From positions 229,276,001 through 229,340,000 of the forward strand of contig OZ024740.1 of NCBI GenBank assembly GCA_964016885.1: a stretch of 64,000 nt of DNA, read 5' to 3'. The DNA comes from Eledone cirrhosa. Taxonomy: Eukaryota. Under the pieces are notes generated by a model. That model searched no databases, was not told the DNA's origin, and saw only the letters and a list, made by a program, of their open reading frames with translations. Of the stretch, positions 29,102-43,539 are shown one piece after another. The position numbers were made by a program, and so were the translations under genes. How positions within the stretch are numbered: position 1 is the stretch's first letter; the number at the start of each line of letters is the position of its first letter.

Positions 29102-29830
29102 AAAGGTAAACAGAAATAACAACACAATCGGTACAGTATATGGAAGGTATATATTAGGTTAACGCTTGAAATAGCAGGAAGAGGATCGTGACGTTTCGGA
29201 CGCTAGTCCTTCATCAGAAGAAAGAATGAGAAATAAGATAGGTTGACGGGACGGGCGGGTTGGAATGGGAAAAAAATGTCTTTAGATAAAAATAACAGGT
29301 CCATTCATGTTGACATCTCTTGCAAAACTGTTGGTGCTGGCGTTTTTTGTATGATATATATTTTTTAGAAAAGTGGATGATGGAGCGCGTCTACCTGAAA
29401 TGGAAAAAAAAAACGTTTTGTAAAAAGAGCTATACTTGAGCACATGCGTAAGCATGTGTTTGTGTGTGTGTATGTGTGTGTGTTATTATAGGTCCGTACG
29501 AAGCTAAGAAGAAATGTGTGTATATGTGAGTAAAAGAGTGTGTGTGCATGTAAGTACGAAGCTATGAGCAAAAGTATGTTAATATAAGGGTGTGTATCGG
29601 CATGTATTAGTTGTAAGAGAAGCTGCTAATGATCAAGAGAAAGCGATAGGAATCTAGGGGTGTGATAATGGACGGGGTATTAGAGAATTTGGGGAGGTGA
29701 GTTGAGTCCAAGAGAGGAATAGGACCCAAGGTTGTGAATCAGACTTTGTTCAGTCCTGGTGCGCGAGGCCTGTGATCCATCAATTTTATAGTTCTGGTAT
29801 GTCAAATTAATACCATAGAACACCACTGTA
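29100..29830 (-). mobile_element. Family C Penelope-like 3' fragment: endonuclease C-terminus (29680-29781) plus pLTR with hammerhead (29186-29221)
   Basis: Minus-strand peptide [33 protein letters not shown] resembles the R..E..I..L.....GLN end of PLE GIY-YIG domains; CTGATGA-A-GGAC-TAGC-GTCC-GAAACGTC. Confidence 0.65.
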
Positions 29831-29925
29831 TCATAGACACCCTATATATTTACACTCTCCAGAGCGGGAAATTAATAAACATTCGTTGTACTGCCTCTCT
29901 GTTTTGTTCCTGTTCAAATTTTTCC

Positions 29926-30108
<183 letters not shown>

Positions 30109-31099
30109 TGTTATACTTTGGGAGGGTCATGTTGCCAATAAGAAACACACGCACCAGTTGCTTTCACTTCAATTTAATTTAATATATATTTATAAATTTC
30201 TGGTTGGTTGGTTGGTTCCACAACCAGATAGTTGTTTATATATATATAGTCATAGTTCTTTCGTCACACACTCTGTGACCTCTTCAGTGACTGGGGATTT
30301 CTTTCTTCGTTTCTGTGCCTTTCCTTTCTTCTATCCTACGCCATTTTGTTTGTGTGTGGGTTGTGTGCTCAGTTTGCGCATGCGCCACATCCGGGTGTCT
30401 GTGTGTGTTTGTGTTCATTTTTCTATTTTTTATTTTTCTATTTATATTTGTTTGTTTATTTATTTATTTATTGTTGGTTGGTTGTTTGTTCTATGTGTGT
30501 GTGTGTTTTCATTTTGTCTTGTGTGTGTTTTCATTTTGTGTGTGTTTTCAATTGTAAGTTGTTTGTTCTATGTGTGTGTGTGTTTTCATTTTGTCCTTAA
30601 TTGTAAGTTGTGATGTTGCTGTTCCACTCATATTTTCTATTTAATTTTGGTTTTAATTCTTTTATGCTTACTGCCTCTGTAATTTGCCTAAACATTGCGT
30701 CTTTCTTGTGTGTGGATTCTATTTTTATTTCTATGCTCTCTAATTTACCCCTGTGTTCTATCTTAGCATGTTGGTAGAGCACAGATGATTCTTTACTATC
30801 TTGGAGGTCTCGCCAGTGTTCATTTATTCGTTCCCCTATACTACGAGCTGTCTCACCTATGTACACTATATTTTTGTTTCTACATTGTCCTTCAGTACAT
30901 CTTATGCTATATACTACATTTCTAGTTTTACAGTTAATATGGGGGCTTATTTTACAGGTTATACATTTCTTATCTATACATGAGGGTCTTTGGAACGGGT
31001 ATGTCTTGCTAATAAGTGTTTTTACGGAGGTACCAGGTCTTTCTACTATCTTAATATTGAGATTATGTTTCTTTAGGGCCCTTCTAAATTTGTAGAAAT

Positions 31100-31894
31100 G
31101 TGTCCCGCATGTGCAACCCCGAAGAACTAGAGAGACACATACAACACTTCATCCACCGTATGCAGTTCTCTGGCTACAATCAGAGAGATAGAATCAGAGT
31201 GTATAAAGGAGCCAGAACCAAATGGGAAAAAATGGTAAATAATGACATAAATGGGACCTGCCCCTTGTATAGGAGCAAATTTTGGAATAGAATAGAAAGA
31301 ACTAAGAACAAGGCCAATAGAATAAACTCATGGTATGATAGCAATAAATACCAGAGTGTAATGTTCATCAATACAACCCCTAGAGGCGAACTAGCCTACA
31401 AATTTAGAAGGGCCCTAAAGAAACATAATCTCAATATTAAGATAGTAGAAAGACCTGGTACCTCCGTAAAAACACTTATTAGCAAGACATACCCGTTCCA
31501 AAGACCCTCATGTATAGATAAGAAATGTATAACCTGTAAAATAAGCCCCCATATTAACTGTAAAACTAGAAATGTAGTATATAGCATAAGATGTACTGAA
31601 GGACAATGTAGAAACAAAAATATAGTGTACATAGGTGAGACAGCTCGTAGTATAGGGGAACGAATAAATGAACACTGGCGAGACCTCCAAGATAGTAAAG
31701 AATCATCTGTGCTCTACCAACATGCTAAGATAGAACACAGGGGTAAATTAGAGAGCATAGAAATAAAAATAGAATCCACACACAAGAAAGACGCAATGTT
31801 TAGGCAAATTACAGAGGCAGTAAGCATAAAAGAATTAAAACCAAAATTAAATAGAAAATATGAGTGGAACAGCAACATCACAACTTACAATTAA
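31100..31894 (+). CDS. Penelope-like polyprotein C-terminal part (RT thumb/linker, Cys-rich linker, GIY-YIG endonuclease); 5'-truncated
   Basis: CITC..C linker, NVVYSIRC..YIGETARSIGERINEH, RQITEAVSI..LNRKYEW; uninterrupted frame. Confidence 0.88.
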   Translation: MSRMCNPEELERHIQHFIHRMQFSGYNQRDRIRVYKGARTKWEKMVNNDINGTCPLYRSKFWNRIERTKNKANRINSWYDSNKYQSVMFINTTPRGELAYKFRRALKKHNLNIKIVERPGTSVKTLISKTYPFQRPSCIDKKCITCKISPHINCKTRNVVYSIRCTEGQCRNKNIVYIGETARSIGERINEHWRDLQDSKESSVLYQHAKIEHRGKLESIEIKIESTHKKDAMFRQITEAVSIKELKPKLNRKYEWNSNITTYN

Positions 31895-32198
31895 GGACAA
31901 AATGAAAACACACACACACATAGAACAAACAACTTACAATTGAAAACACACACAAAATGAAAACACACACAAGACAAAATGAAAACACACACACACATAG
32001 AACAAACAACCAACCAACAATAAATAAATAAATAAACAAACAAATATAAATAGAAAAATAAAAAATAGAAAAATGAACACAAACACACACAGACACCCGG
32101 ATGTGGCGCATGCGCAAACTGAGCACACAACCCACACACAAACAAAATGGCGTAGGATAGAAGAAAGGAAAGGCACAGAAACGAAGAAAGAAATCCCC

Positions 32199-32243
32199 AG
32201 TCACTGAAGAGGTCACAGAGTGTGTGACGAAAGAACTATGACT
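32199..32243 (+). ncRNA. Minimal type-I hammerhead ribozyme in the Penelope pLTR (mirror copy at 30248-30292, -)
   Basis: AGTCA-CTGAAGA-G-GTCACA-GAGTG-TGTGAC-GAAAG-AA-CTA-TGACT; stem I 5 bp, stem II 6 bp, CUA triplet. Confidence 0.7.
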
Positions 32244-32454
32244 ATATATATATAAACAACTATCTGGTTGTGGAACCAACCAACCAACCAGAAATTTATA
32301 AATTTGTAAATTTATAAATATATATTAAATTAAATTGAAGTGAAAGCAACTGGTGCGTGTGTTTCTTATTGGCAACATGACCCTCCCAAAGTATAACAAT
32401 ATCGGTTTCAACACACGATTTCAGATAAAGAATCTTGCTAAACAAATTCAGAAA

Positions 32455-32719
<265 letters not shown>

Positions 32720-32720
32720 G

Positions 32721-32866
<146 letters not shown>

Positions 32867-32994
32867 GTATGTATATATATGTATATATATTACAAAATTT
32901 CAAAATTTCTTTTCGCTCTGAACATGGTGGATACCTAAATGTATTCATGAGTGAATAATAATAATATTATATCATAACATTATTAATATTGCCA

Positions 32995-33643
32995 TTCTGA
33001 GTTCAAATCCTGCCGAGGTTAACTTTGCTTTTCATCCTTACGGGATCGATAAAATAAAGTACCAGTAATACACTGGTTAATTGCTGGCCTTGTGCCTAAA
33101 GTAGAAACAATTATTAATATTCGCTATCAAGGCGGTGGATTGGCAGTATCGGTAGAGGGTCGGATGCATTGCTTTGCAGTATAGAGTTACGTCCATTTAT
33201 GATCTGAGTTCAAATCCCGCCGATGTTAACTTTGCCTTTCATCCTTATGGGGTCGATAAAATGAAGGTCCAGTAATTTACTGGGATAATTGCTGGCCTTG
33301 TGCCAAAAGTTGAAACAATTATTAATATTCGGTTTGTTTACAAGTAAACAGCCTCATAAAACACGACGTTGTAGATGACAACAATCGACAATTGACAATT
33401 GTTTCGGAGTGTCTTGCTCCTTGTCAAGATTGTGTATTTTGCTCATTCTGCTACCTGCATTTGCTGCCAAAGGTTTCATGAGCCAACAATCCTGCATAAG
33501 CTATGTTTGTTAATCATATGCAAATCATAATTGTTTCTAATTTTGGCACAAGGCCAGCAATTATCCTAGTGCATTACTGGTACTTTATTTTATCGACCCC
33601 GTAAGGATGAAAGGCGAAGTTAAACCCAGCGGAATTTGAACTC
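32995..33643. mobile_element. Three MESC/Meta SINE copies (32995-33115 +, 33130-33322 +, 33527-33643 -)
   Basis: Core and tail motifs. Confidence 0.85.
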
Positions 33644-33649
33644 AATGTG

Positions 33650-34347
33650 TCAAGCGCACCCTTCACCTACTCTTTTGACCCAGTTGTAGTAACTCGCTTT
33701 TCTCAGTTGTCTCCGATTATGCCTCTGAAAGGTGTTTCTCTGCCGCTAGTAAAAGGACCCTAGGAATCAGGATGCCTTCCATCTGCAGTTTTCACAGAGT
33801 TCATGCAACTCACTGTACTTCCTAGTCTTCCTGTGAATGCATCTTCGATCTTCACCTCCTAACAGACAGTAAGGCCCAACATCTTCACCACCTTCGTTTC
33901 ACTGCACCACAAAACAAGGTCGGAGCCCTTAGTGGTAAAGAGGGGAAAGTGGTATTTGCCGTCCAGGTCAACTAAGACCTTCTACATCCTCTCCCATTTT
34001 GGAACAGAAGTTTTTCTTACAGTGGCTGGCTTACAGTATTCTCCTTCTTTACAAAACTACATCCTGCCCTTCTCCACTACTTGTGGTCTCTCGCTGTTGT
34101 TCATCCTCTTCACCATCTCTTCCACTGCATCAGCCAATACTCCAAGCACCAAGTTATGCCACCATGTATACCAGTTTTTCAGGCCCTGTGGGCAACTGGA
34201 TAGTATGTGTCTCATCATTCCAGCCTTCTCGTATTTGCGCAGGCCAGTCTCTTCTAATTCCCAACGTTTTACGTTTGTGGGACTATGAAGTATATCATAG
34301 ACAGAGCGAACCCGAAAACCAATTCTCGCCAACTCTCATGTCCACAG
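33650..34347 (-). pseudogene. Decayed RLE-type non-LTR retrotransposon C-terminus (HERO/NeSL/R2-like)
   Basis: HILSSCP..YTWWHNLVL (zinc knuckle/RHN motif) and SDLVLWC (PD-D/ExK-like), with frameshifts. Confidence 0.6.
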
Positions 34348-34356
34348 TTATATATA

Positions 34357-36067
34357 CTAGCTGAAGTATCCGGCGTTGCCCGGGTTAAAGAAAATAATGA
34401 AATTTCATACACAATTTTATATATTTTCTGAATATTTATTGTGATTAGTGATTCTAACATTTTCGGCATAACAAATTCTGTGAGATCATGATCATCATAA
34501 TCATCGTTTTTACGTCCGCTTTTCCATGCTTGCATGGGTTGGACAGATCCATTCTAGTACAGCATCTCTCCACTCGTCGCGTTCTTTCGTCATCTCCTCT
34601 GTGAGTCTCACCGATTTAAGATTAGCTCTCACCACTTCTGCCCAGGTCTTTCTTGGTCTACCTTTACTGTGGCTTCCTTCCACTGGTATTTCCTGGCACT
34701 TCTTCACCCAGCGATTATCATCCATGCGCATCACATGTCTATACCAACGCAGCCTTCACTCCTGCGTACTGCTTCGGATTCCTCTTTAACCCAGCTTCTC
34801 CCTCTGATCATCTAAGCCCTACCTTTCTCTCACAATTGCATTGCCCTTCCAATGAAGCATGGTTGCTTCATTTCTCTCCAGTCTATGCATGTCCTCTGCA
34901 GTCACATCCCACATTTCATCACACTTTGCACTCAGGCGTCATACAGTCGTCCTTTTGTACACAGAGTAAAACCTTTTCCCGGTCAACAGTGGGAGTGGCT
35001 CTCTAAACGTTTTCCACCCTATCCTTATTCTAGCTATCATACCCTTCGAATACTCTCCTCTGCTGCTCTTCTTGACGAATGGTTGCTTTCCTTTTCCTAT
35101 CATCAACAAGGCTTTTTTTTAATCTTTGTTCTCTTCTAATTCATTTCGCCTATATTTCGCTGTTATTTTTCTTCGTTTTTGGAGTCTATCTTGTTGCTAC
35201 TCGTCACTTTCATTCTCCCTTTGTAGCTGCTTTGCCCTAGCTTTATGAGACTTTCTTCTAAACGAAGGTCTATTCTTCGGTGGTATTTTTTTTTTGCTTG
35301 CAGCTTCCAAAGTCAATATTATTTATCTAAAAAAAATTAAATTTTTCTGTTAATGATGGATGTAAGTCGAGTCAACTTTTGTTGAATAAGGACTCACTGC
35401 ATTACCTTTTAGTTGTTTTTCGGAAACAACAACCAAAAGCTAAAGGCTGAATCAAATATTCGTTGAATGAGGACTCACTACAATTACTTTCAGTTATCTT
35501 TCGTAAACAACAACAAAAGATTAATGGAAACAAATGTTATTTTTAGTAGTGTTGCCATAAATCAAATCAAAACGCGTGTCGCCCACTTTCTTCACTTTCT
35601 CTTTTCGTTCATTCGTTAACTTACTTTCTTAATTCCATCTTTTGCTTTCGTAGCTATATACGAAGATGTGACACATTCACGGGAAAATATGGAGAATATA
35701 TGTATATATACACGGGCTAAATATGAAGTAGATATGACCACACGGGAGAGATATAAGGAATGTACGACCACGCGTTCAGCAGCCGGTAGAGGAAAGGACG
35801 GCTAATATGTTGATTGAACGCAGGAGAGAAGGAGAGACGTTTGAACGCGTATCGTTGTTCACTTTCTTTATGTTTCTTTCCATGACTATCAATGTTCTTT
35901 TTCAAAACTCAGCCAAACAAATATATAAAGAAATGAATATAGATCCAAGTTTAAAGAAAACCTATTGCGGTGTCTAAGGAACTCACATGCCAAGTTTGAA
36001 CATGATTGGTTCACTGGTTTTAAGTGGATCGGAGACAAACAGACAAACAAAGGAGGAATTATATAAG
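34357..36067 (-). mobile_element. Helitron-like non-autonomous element (3' end at 34357; far boundary tentative)
   Basis: Minus strand CCCGGGCAACGCCGG hairpin then CTAG|T; ACAAACAGACAAAC subterminal repeats near 36035-36050. Confidence 0.45.
34490..35000 (-). mobile_element. RTE-clade LINE 3' fragment
   Basis: MRMDDNRWVKK..GRPRKTW..RDEWR peptide; ATG-repeat-like tail. Confidence 0.75.
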
Positions 36068-36559
36068 CGTGTGTAATAGTGGGAATGTATGCATATATAT
36101 ATAATTTATTTAATTTGTTCGACCTGAACGGAACCAAAACTAGCTGAAACCCTATGTTTCAGCTAGTTTTAGTTCTGGCTGAACGAATTAAGTAAATTAT
36201 GTATACATATTCTACTTACAGTATCGGGTATTCTTTCTTCCGATTACTGTTAGTGTATGTATGTATGTATGTATGTATGTATGTATGTATGTATGTATGT
36301 ATGTATGTATGTATGTATGTATGTATGTATGTATGTATGTATGTACGTACGTATGTATGTATGTATGTATGTATGTATGTGTGTGTATGTATGTATGCAT
36401 GCACATATCTGCCTACTTATCTATCTATCGCGAAAATTCACAAGTTTGATGAGCTATCGATTCCAGAGTCGAACCAAGAAGAAGAAGAAGAAGAAGAAGA
36501 AGAAGAAGAAGAAGAATATTCAATGTCACAGAGTATGGGACAAACCTGGCCCATTGTAT

Positions 36560-37080
36560 TATAGATATAGTGGGCAGGCTTCCACGCAGTTACGGTCTAC
36601 CTATTTTCTCTTACAAATCTTTCGTCAACCCCAGTCTATCATAATATAGACTTTTCCAAGATGACACGTAGTGGTTCCGAACCCAGATCCTCGTCATTTT
36701 GAAGTGGGTTTCTTAACCATTTAGCCATGCTGAGTTAGGTTTCAACGATGATTGTTCCGATTGTTTGATCGATAAGGCGGATTAACACGTAAGTGGTTGA
36801 GTATTCCAGAGTCATATGTACCCTTAACGCAATTCTCTGTGTCACACGATGTGATACGTTGTGTGACAAGACTAGTTCTTTAAATGTCACATACAGTCCA
36901 TCCGACGGGATTCTAAATAGTTTTGCGTCTACCCAATATCACTTACAAGGCTTGTGCCAAATCGATGTTTTAGCAGAAAAGCAAAAACATTAAAAAAACA
37001 CTTATCTAAGACATCAGGCAAAGTAATCGAACCCGGAAACTTATGTTTGGGATGTGAACTTCTTAGTCATGATGTCTGCG
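36560..37080 (-). mobile_element. Two diverged copies of the SINE at 907-1135
   Basis: Reverse-strand similarity: GGCTTCCACGCAGTT..GTCTACC..CGAACCC..TTCTTAACCA. Confidence 0.5.
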
Positions 37081-38626
37081 TGCAATGGCCTAAAGAATCC
37101 AAGCATTTTAGAGAGTAACAATTATACACCAAATGGAATTTAACTTACAAAGCGGTCAAATGTAATAACTATTTCCTCACCTTCCGGTTTCTTTCTTTAA
37201 ATTCGTTTTATTTTCCCAATCAAACTTTAAGAATTCATTGTCCAACTGACATTTCTCCTCCATTTTCGAGTAGATTCTTTTCTAAATAACCATTGCCCCA
37301 ACCATCATTGAAAATATAAACACTTCTGTTTGATTTAATTCCCGTCTTATATTATTTATATATATTCTTTTAAATTTATTTTCTACCCTTTCCTTCCATT
37401 TTTCTCTTCTTACCTCTTTGTTTCTTAAACCTCTTTTTGATTTTTTTTCTTCTTGAATCACTTCTCTCCATTGGTAGCCGTCCAAGATTAGCTCTGTAAC
37501 TAACTAACTCGCCGACCATCAGTCGTCTGCCTCCAATAAACTTTCACAGAACTTTCCATTATCTTAGCAAGCGCTACTTCCGCTGCTTCTATATACCACT
37601 ATACACTATACACCAATAACAAACCATTCAATCGTTTTACATTCATTTGCTTATTCGTTTATTCATTTGTTCAGTTCAATAATTCTTCAACACTCTCTCC
37701 TCTCTCTCTCTCCCTCTCTCTCTCACTACCGCATTCCCCCTCTCTCTTGCCCCCCCCTCTCTCTCTCTTACCTATAAGTACTCTTTTTCATGCTCACGCG
37801 CAAACATACATAAATGTACACACTTTCACACACACACGCGGACTTTCTTTCTCACTTATACGCACACACACTCCCTCTCTCTCGCAAACACACAGTCTCT
37901 TTTTTACACATACACTCTCTCTTATAGACACTCTCTCACCCACACATACAGTTTCTCTTATACACACACACACGCACACTCTTACACACACAATCTCTTA
38001 TACACACACTCACACATACATTCATTTACACACACACATACACTTTCTTTCTCACATACACATACTTCTCTCTCATCCTCTCTCTCTCTCTCTCTCACAC
38101 ACACACATACACACATTCTCCCTCTCTCTCATACACAAACACTCTCTCACACAAACTCCTTTTACCTCTTCCACTCTCATACACATACTCTTTCTCACAC
38201 ACATTCATACACTCTCCCTCTTTCTGTCTCTCACACACACATACTCAAACTCTCCCCCTCTCTTTCTCTCTCTCACACACTCCTTCTCTCTCTCTCTCTC
38301 ACACACACGCTCTCCCCTTCCAGTGAATCAAGTGGCTACACAAACCTATCATACAAAGTGAAAACAAACATATATTTCCTCCACATTATCACACATTACG
38401 ATGTAGTCAATATCATATATATATACACACTATAGGAGTTTATTTCATTTTATTTTGTTTTCATTTGTGAAATGCCTCAAGAGGAAGGAATTGGATTGTA
38501 TAAGAACGTATATGCTTTTTTTTAAAGACATTTGATAACTGTTAGAAACAGCCAATAAACGAAACTGATTGAAAATAGCTGTCTCGTTTTTACCACTTGC
38601 GAATATAAATAAGTATATTAGTATCT

Positions 38627-38936
38627 GTATGTATGTATGTATGTATGTATGTATGTATGTATGTATGTATGTATGTATGTATGTATGTATGTATGTATGT
38701 GTGTATGTGTGTATGTATGTATGTATGTATGTATGTATGTATGTATGTACGCACGTATGTATGTATGTATGTATGTATGTATGTATGTATGTATGTATGT
38801 ATGTATGTATGTATGTACGTACGTATGTATGTATGTATGTATGTATGTATGTATGTATGTACGTACGTACGTATGTATGTATGTATGTATGTATGTATGT
38901 ATGTATGTATGTATGTATGTATGTATGTATGTATGT
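38627..38936. repeat. (TATG)n microsatellite at the 3' end of the R4/Dong-like element
   Basis: Direct reading. Confidence 0.95.
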
Positions 38937-41900
38937 ATATTCTTCTGGTTTTATAATTTCACAATTTTTTGCCAATAGAGAGAGCCAGTTTCTAACATAG
39001 TTACAGGACTCTCTCATTGGAATTTACAGAACATCAACTAGGTAGATATGTATGCATGTCTGCATGCATGCATGTGTACGTATGGATGTTATTGTATGTG
39101 TGGATGTTATTGTATGTGTGGATGTGTATGCCTTGAGTTGTATGTGTGCGTGTGTATATGCTTTGTATCTGTATATGTGTATATGCAGTTATTAGATGCA
39201 ACATTTTTGGAATGTTTTACATATTTTTACTGTTCCATTAATGAATTGTACTTGTAATTTCCTAACTAGTTGTGTTCTTTCTGTTCCTGTGAAGCCCAGC
39301 TTCTCAAGATTAGTATTGAAGTAGTTACTAACATACCCCCGTGCGCCAATAATCACAGGCATAAATCTGAAGGTGTAATCAGGGTGGACTATCTGCAGAT
39401 TTCTCATCAGTTCTGCATAAATGTTCTCCTTTTCACTAATCTTTGATATTATATTGACATCTGCTGGGCAGCTAATTTCCACTACTGTGCATGCTTTCTT
39501 CTCCCTGTTCCATATCATAATATCTGGTCTGTTATGCCTGCATTTTATTGGGGTTTTTACTGAAACATTCCACCAGTACTCTTTCATATTATGTACATGG
39601 ATGTTTTCCACATTGCTGTAGCTTTTAATGTGTTTATTATCGGGGCTATCTTTTTTACGAACTGTATTGTACAGTGTTTTGGCCACTACATCATGCCTCA
39701 TAGGTAGATAGTACCGCGATGACATCTTTGGACAGCTGCTGATGACATGGGTGATATCCTCGATGTTAGTTCTGCAGAGTCTGCACTTGTTATCACATCT
39801 AGGTGTTTTGCCTGCATCCCTATCTCTTTTGTGAATCAGGTATTTCGTGTTAATCTCCTGTTCCTGGATTGCAAAAGCGTATCCTTCAAAGTGGGAGCCA
39901 ATATAGCGGTTGGTGGTCCAAGGTAGACTACTTTCCTTATCTATATTACTCTCACTCTGGAGCTTCCTAGCAACATATCCATGCATGATTTTTTGCTGAT
40001 AGGCATGCAGTTTTTCATCCATGGATTCACTGCGATACTGCTGAGCGACATCCCTGGGTGTGAGTTTTTGATTATCACACAGGGAATATCTCTCGAGGAG
40101 TTCCTTCCCAACTCTCATGATCTTATCTGTTTCATGCAGATAGACTTGCTCGAGAAGCGGGCTCCTACGCTTCGAGGTTCGCAGATGTTGTCGGAGAGAT
40201 ATGATGCGACATTCAAATGTTGTCTGGACTGATGTTAGGCCTCTGCCTCCCTGCTTACGTTTCAAGTAAATGCGGTCTATGTCACTGTTGATGTGGAGGT
40301 TTCCGGTGTTGTTCAGTATTTTTCGAGTTCCAACATCAACTGCTCGGATTTCGTCTATCGTCCAATTGAGTATTCCAAACGTTGGTGTTAGGACAGGCAC
40401 AGCAAACACATTGTGAGCCACTGTTTTGTTTTGCGCAGAGAGTTCCGATGACCAGATCTTTCTTAATCGGGTGTAGTATTCCTTGGTTACGCGTTCTTCA
40501 TTACAGATACCATTATAGGATATGTTCTACTCTATCCCCAGGTATCTGTAGCAGTCCTCATCAGATATCGGTGAAACAGTTAGGCCATTGGTGACAATGT
40601 TGCTAGATTGGGTTGTTGTTTTTCCCCGCTTTGCAGTTATGTATGAGCATTTATCTTGGCCAAACTCCATTCCTATATCCTTTGAGAACGTTGTAACCAG
40701 GTCAAGATTTTTCTTCATCCCATCCATGTTCTTGGCATAGAGTTTCAGATCATCCACAAAGAAGTTATGGGTTAGGTTCGTATTTCTGTCCTCCTGTGAG
40801 CCAATGATGTATCCCTCACATTTCTTGAGCAGAAAGGACAAGGGGTTTAATGACAAGATGAATAATATCACAGAGAGACTGTCCCCCTGCAATATTTTAT
40901 TTTATCAATGAAAATAGAGTCCTCCCTCTCTGTCTTTAACCTTAGGATAGTAGCCCAAGAAGAAGACAGCCTCTCTATGGCTCTGGCAATAATGTCTGGG
41001 ACTTTAGCAAGTTGGAGGGCCTCTATCATCCAAGAGTAGGGAACAGAATCAAAAGCTTTCCTGTAGGCCAGCCAGACTGTAGTCATATTCCTCCTGAGTT
41101 GTCGCACCTCCGACATCGCAGTTTTGTTGATTAGGAGTTGTTCAGCACATCCCCAAACCCCTTTCTTTCCAGTTGCTTTTTCATCTGTGATGATGTTATT
41201 ATTTTCACAGTGATCTTGGAGGAATAGGTTCAGGCTGGCTGTATACATCTTATACATCAGGTTCTGGTATGCAATGGGTCGGTAGTTTTTTGCCAAGTGG
41301 GTGTCTTTGTTCTTCGGGACCAGTAATGTTTGTGCTAATGTCAACCATTCTGGTATAAGTGTATCTCAATTAAGAACTTGTTGGTAGAGGTCAGTAAGGT
41401 ACCTCCGATAGAATATCAGTTTTTTGTACCAGTAGCCGACAATCATGTCTCTTCCTGGTGTTTTCTTATCTTGGAGTTTTCCTATCACAGTCTGAAGGGT
41501 ACCCTCACTTATTTCGTATGTTTTTGTTGTAGTGTAGGAGCAATAGTTCTTTCGGATTTCTCTTAGCCACACTGCATCTTGGTTGAAATTCTTCTTTTTA
41601 CCCCATATTTTGCTCCAAAAGGAATCTGTCTTTCTGGGATGGGGCCTCAGTGACACTTATTAGTTTGCCCTTCATATCTCTATAGACTGATGTTTGGTTT
41701 CGTCAGAATCTTTTATTAAGCACTTTTCTCTCATCTACCTTCTTCAAGTATCGGCGTTTTTCGCTAACAGCTCTCAATTCTTGTTTGAGGGTGATCAGCT
41801 TATATTGAACAGTTCTGGTTCTACTGTTACCAAACATCGTCTCTATTTTACTTTTCACTCTTTGTTGGTGAGGAGTGAGGTTTTTTTGTGTTTGTTTGCA

Positions 41901-42286
41901 TGTAAGGAGCATTGTCACATATATGGTATTTCGTAGGTCAGCACTCTCTTTTTCTATTTTAGTTATATATGATGGTATTTTTGGTGGTGTTTTGTTCTTG
42001 TTAATATCTCTGCTATCACCAAGATAATGCTTCACTGTAATTGCTAAGGCATATAAACAGGCGTCGATTTGCCAAAATGTTGGAATTTTTATCCGTCGTA
42101 AATATTCATCCCCTATTTCGTCAATAGCACGTAATATTTCATTATTTGGTTTTTATTCAACATTGTCGTTTTAACACGTTCAGCAAGAGAAATGTTTATA
42201 CATGAGTTAATTTCTCTCTGGAAGATTTCATTTAGGGAAATTTTTAATTGTTTATACTTTTGATTATCATTATCGATAGTATTTTC

Positions 42287-42492
42287 GGTGGATTGGCAGT
42301 AAGGGCGGTGGATTGGCAGTATCGGTAAGGGTCGGACGCCATGCTTTGAAGCATAGAGTTACTCCCCTTTATGATCTGAGTTCAAATCCCGCCGAGGTTA
42401 ACTTTGCCTGTCATCCTTACGGGGTTGATAAAATAAAGTACCAGTAATGCACTGGGATAATTGCTGGCCTTGTGCCAAAAGTAGAAACAATT
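42287..42492 (+). mobile_element. MESC/Meta SINE inserted into the LINE with an 18-bp target-site duplication
   Basis: ATTATCGATAGTATTTTC at 42269-42286 and 42490-42507; duplicated 5' head. Confidence 0.88.
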
Positions 42493-42870
42493 ATCGATAG
42501 TATTTTCCACAAAAGTCGAGGTAGACTCGGATGGTACACGTGGTGTCAAATTTCTTCGATAGTGTTATTATTATCGATAGTGTTTTCCCCAGCATTCGAG
42601 GTAGACTTAGATGGTACACGTGGTGTAAAATTTCTTCGATAGTGTTATTATTATCGATAGTATTTTCCCCAGCATTCGAGGTAGACTTAGATGGTACACG
42701 TGGTGTAAAATTTCTTCGATAGTGTTATTATTATCGATAGTGTTTTCCCCAGCATTCGAGGTAGACTTAGATGGTACACGTGGTGTAAAATTTCTTCGAT
42801 AGTGTTATTATTATCGATAGTGTTTTCCCCAGCATTCGAGGTAGACTTAGATGGTACAGGTGGTGTCAAG
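42490..42870. repeat. 80-bp tandem repeat, about 4.7 copies, inside the LINE ORF
   Basis: GTAGACT recurs at 42521, 42601, 42681, 42761 and 42841. Confidence 0.92.
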
Positions 42871-43539
42871 TTTCTTACAGGCATAGTTGTTTCAAGGCGC
42901 TGTTCGACCTGGCTGCTTGGAAGTCTAGTAGCATGGCGACCTGTAGCACGTGTTGTTGATAACATGTTTGTTGTGGGGATTTACAATTAATAATATTTAT
43001 CTTATTTTTACGTTCAACAAACGTCGCTTGTTGGCGTAATAGTTTCGCTGTGAAATAATTTAGCTCTGGGTGCATTTCGTCCCAGTGTAGCTTCATTCTA
43101 TTCATATAGCCAATGGCGGGATTGTTTTTTGCCATTTTATAACAATTAAATAAATCATTATTAAGTTCGCAACTCCAAGAGAAATGCGATTTATAATTTC
43201 GGTTTCTTATGTAGCTACAACTGAATAAAGTTTGATTACCTTCCTTGTTGTTTATCTTCGATACTTACTTAATTTTTTTGTTGATGTTGTTTTTCAGCCA
43301 TGCTGTGTGTAGCAAATCCTTGTAAAATGAATAATGTATTTAGTCGGATATCTCTACGAATTCGAATAAAAGGTGTCTTCAGAAGGGATAGTTAGAAGAA
43401 TAACCAGTTTTTCAACCTGACTGTAGTTGTGGCATTACTGTCGGAGATAGTATTCAGCTTAAATTTAATAAATAGTCTCCCACGCCAAAATATGCGACTG
43501 ATCGCGTTGACTGTCTTATGTATGTATGTATGTATGTAT

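Larger units (their letters stand above)
39192..43135 (-). pseudogene. Broken RT, zinc knuckle and restriction-like endonuclease polyprotein
   Basis: ORF fragments 39192-40421, 40527-40892, 40868-41344, 41366-41656, 41703-42035 and 42875-43135, separated by frameshifts and stops. Confidence 0.85.
38940..43516 (-). mobile_element. Apparently full-length, inactivated R4/Dong-like (RLE) non-LTR retrotransposon
   Basis: Ordered ORF pieces: GYMNRMKLHW..P, NYRPI, QGDSLS, FVDDLKLY, DIDRIYLKRKQGGRGL, CRLC..HVISSC, RHD, RPDI..VEISCP..K..Y; (TATG)n on both sides. Confidence 0.85.
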
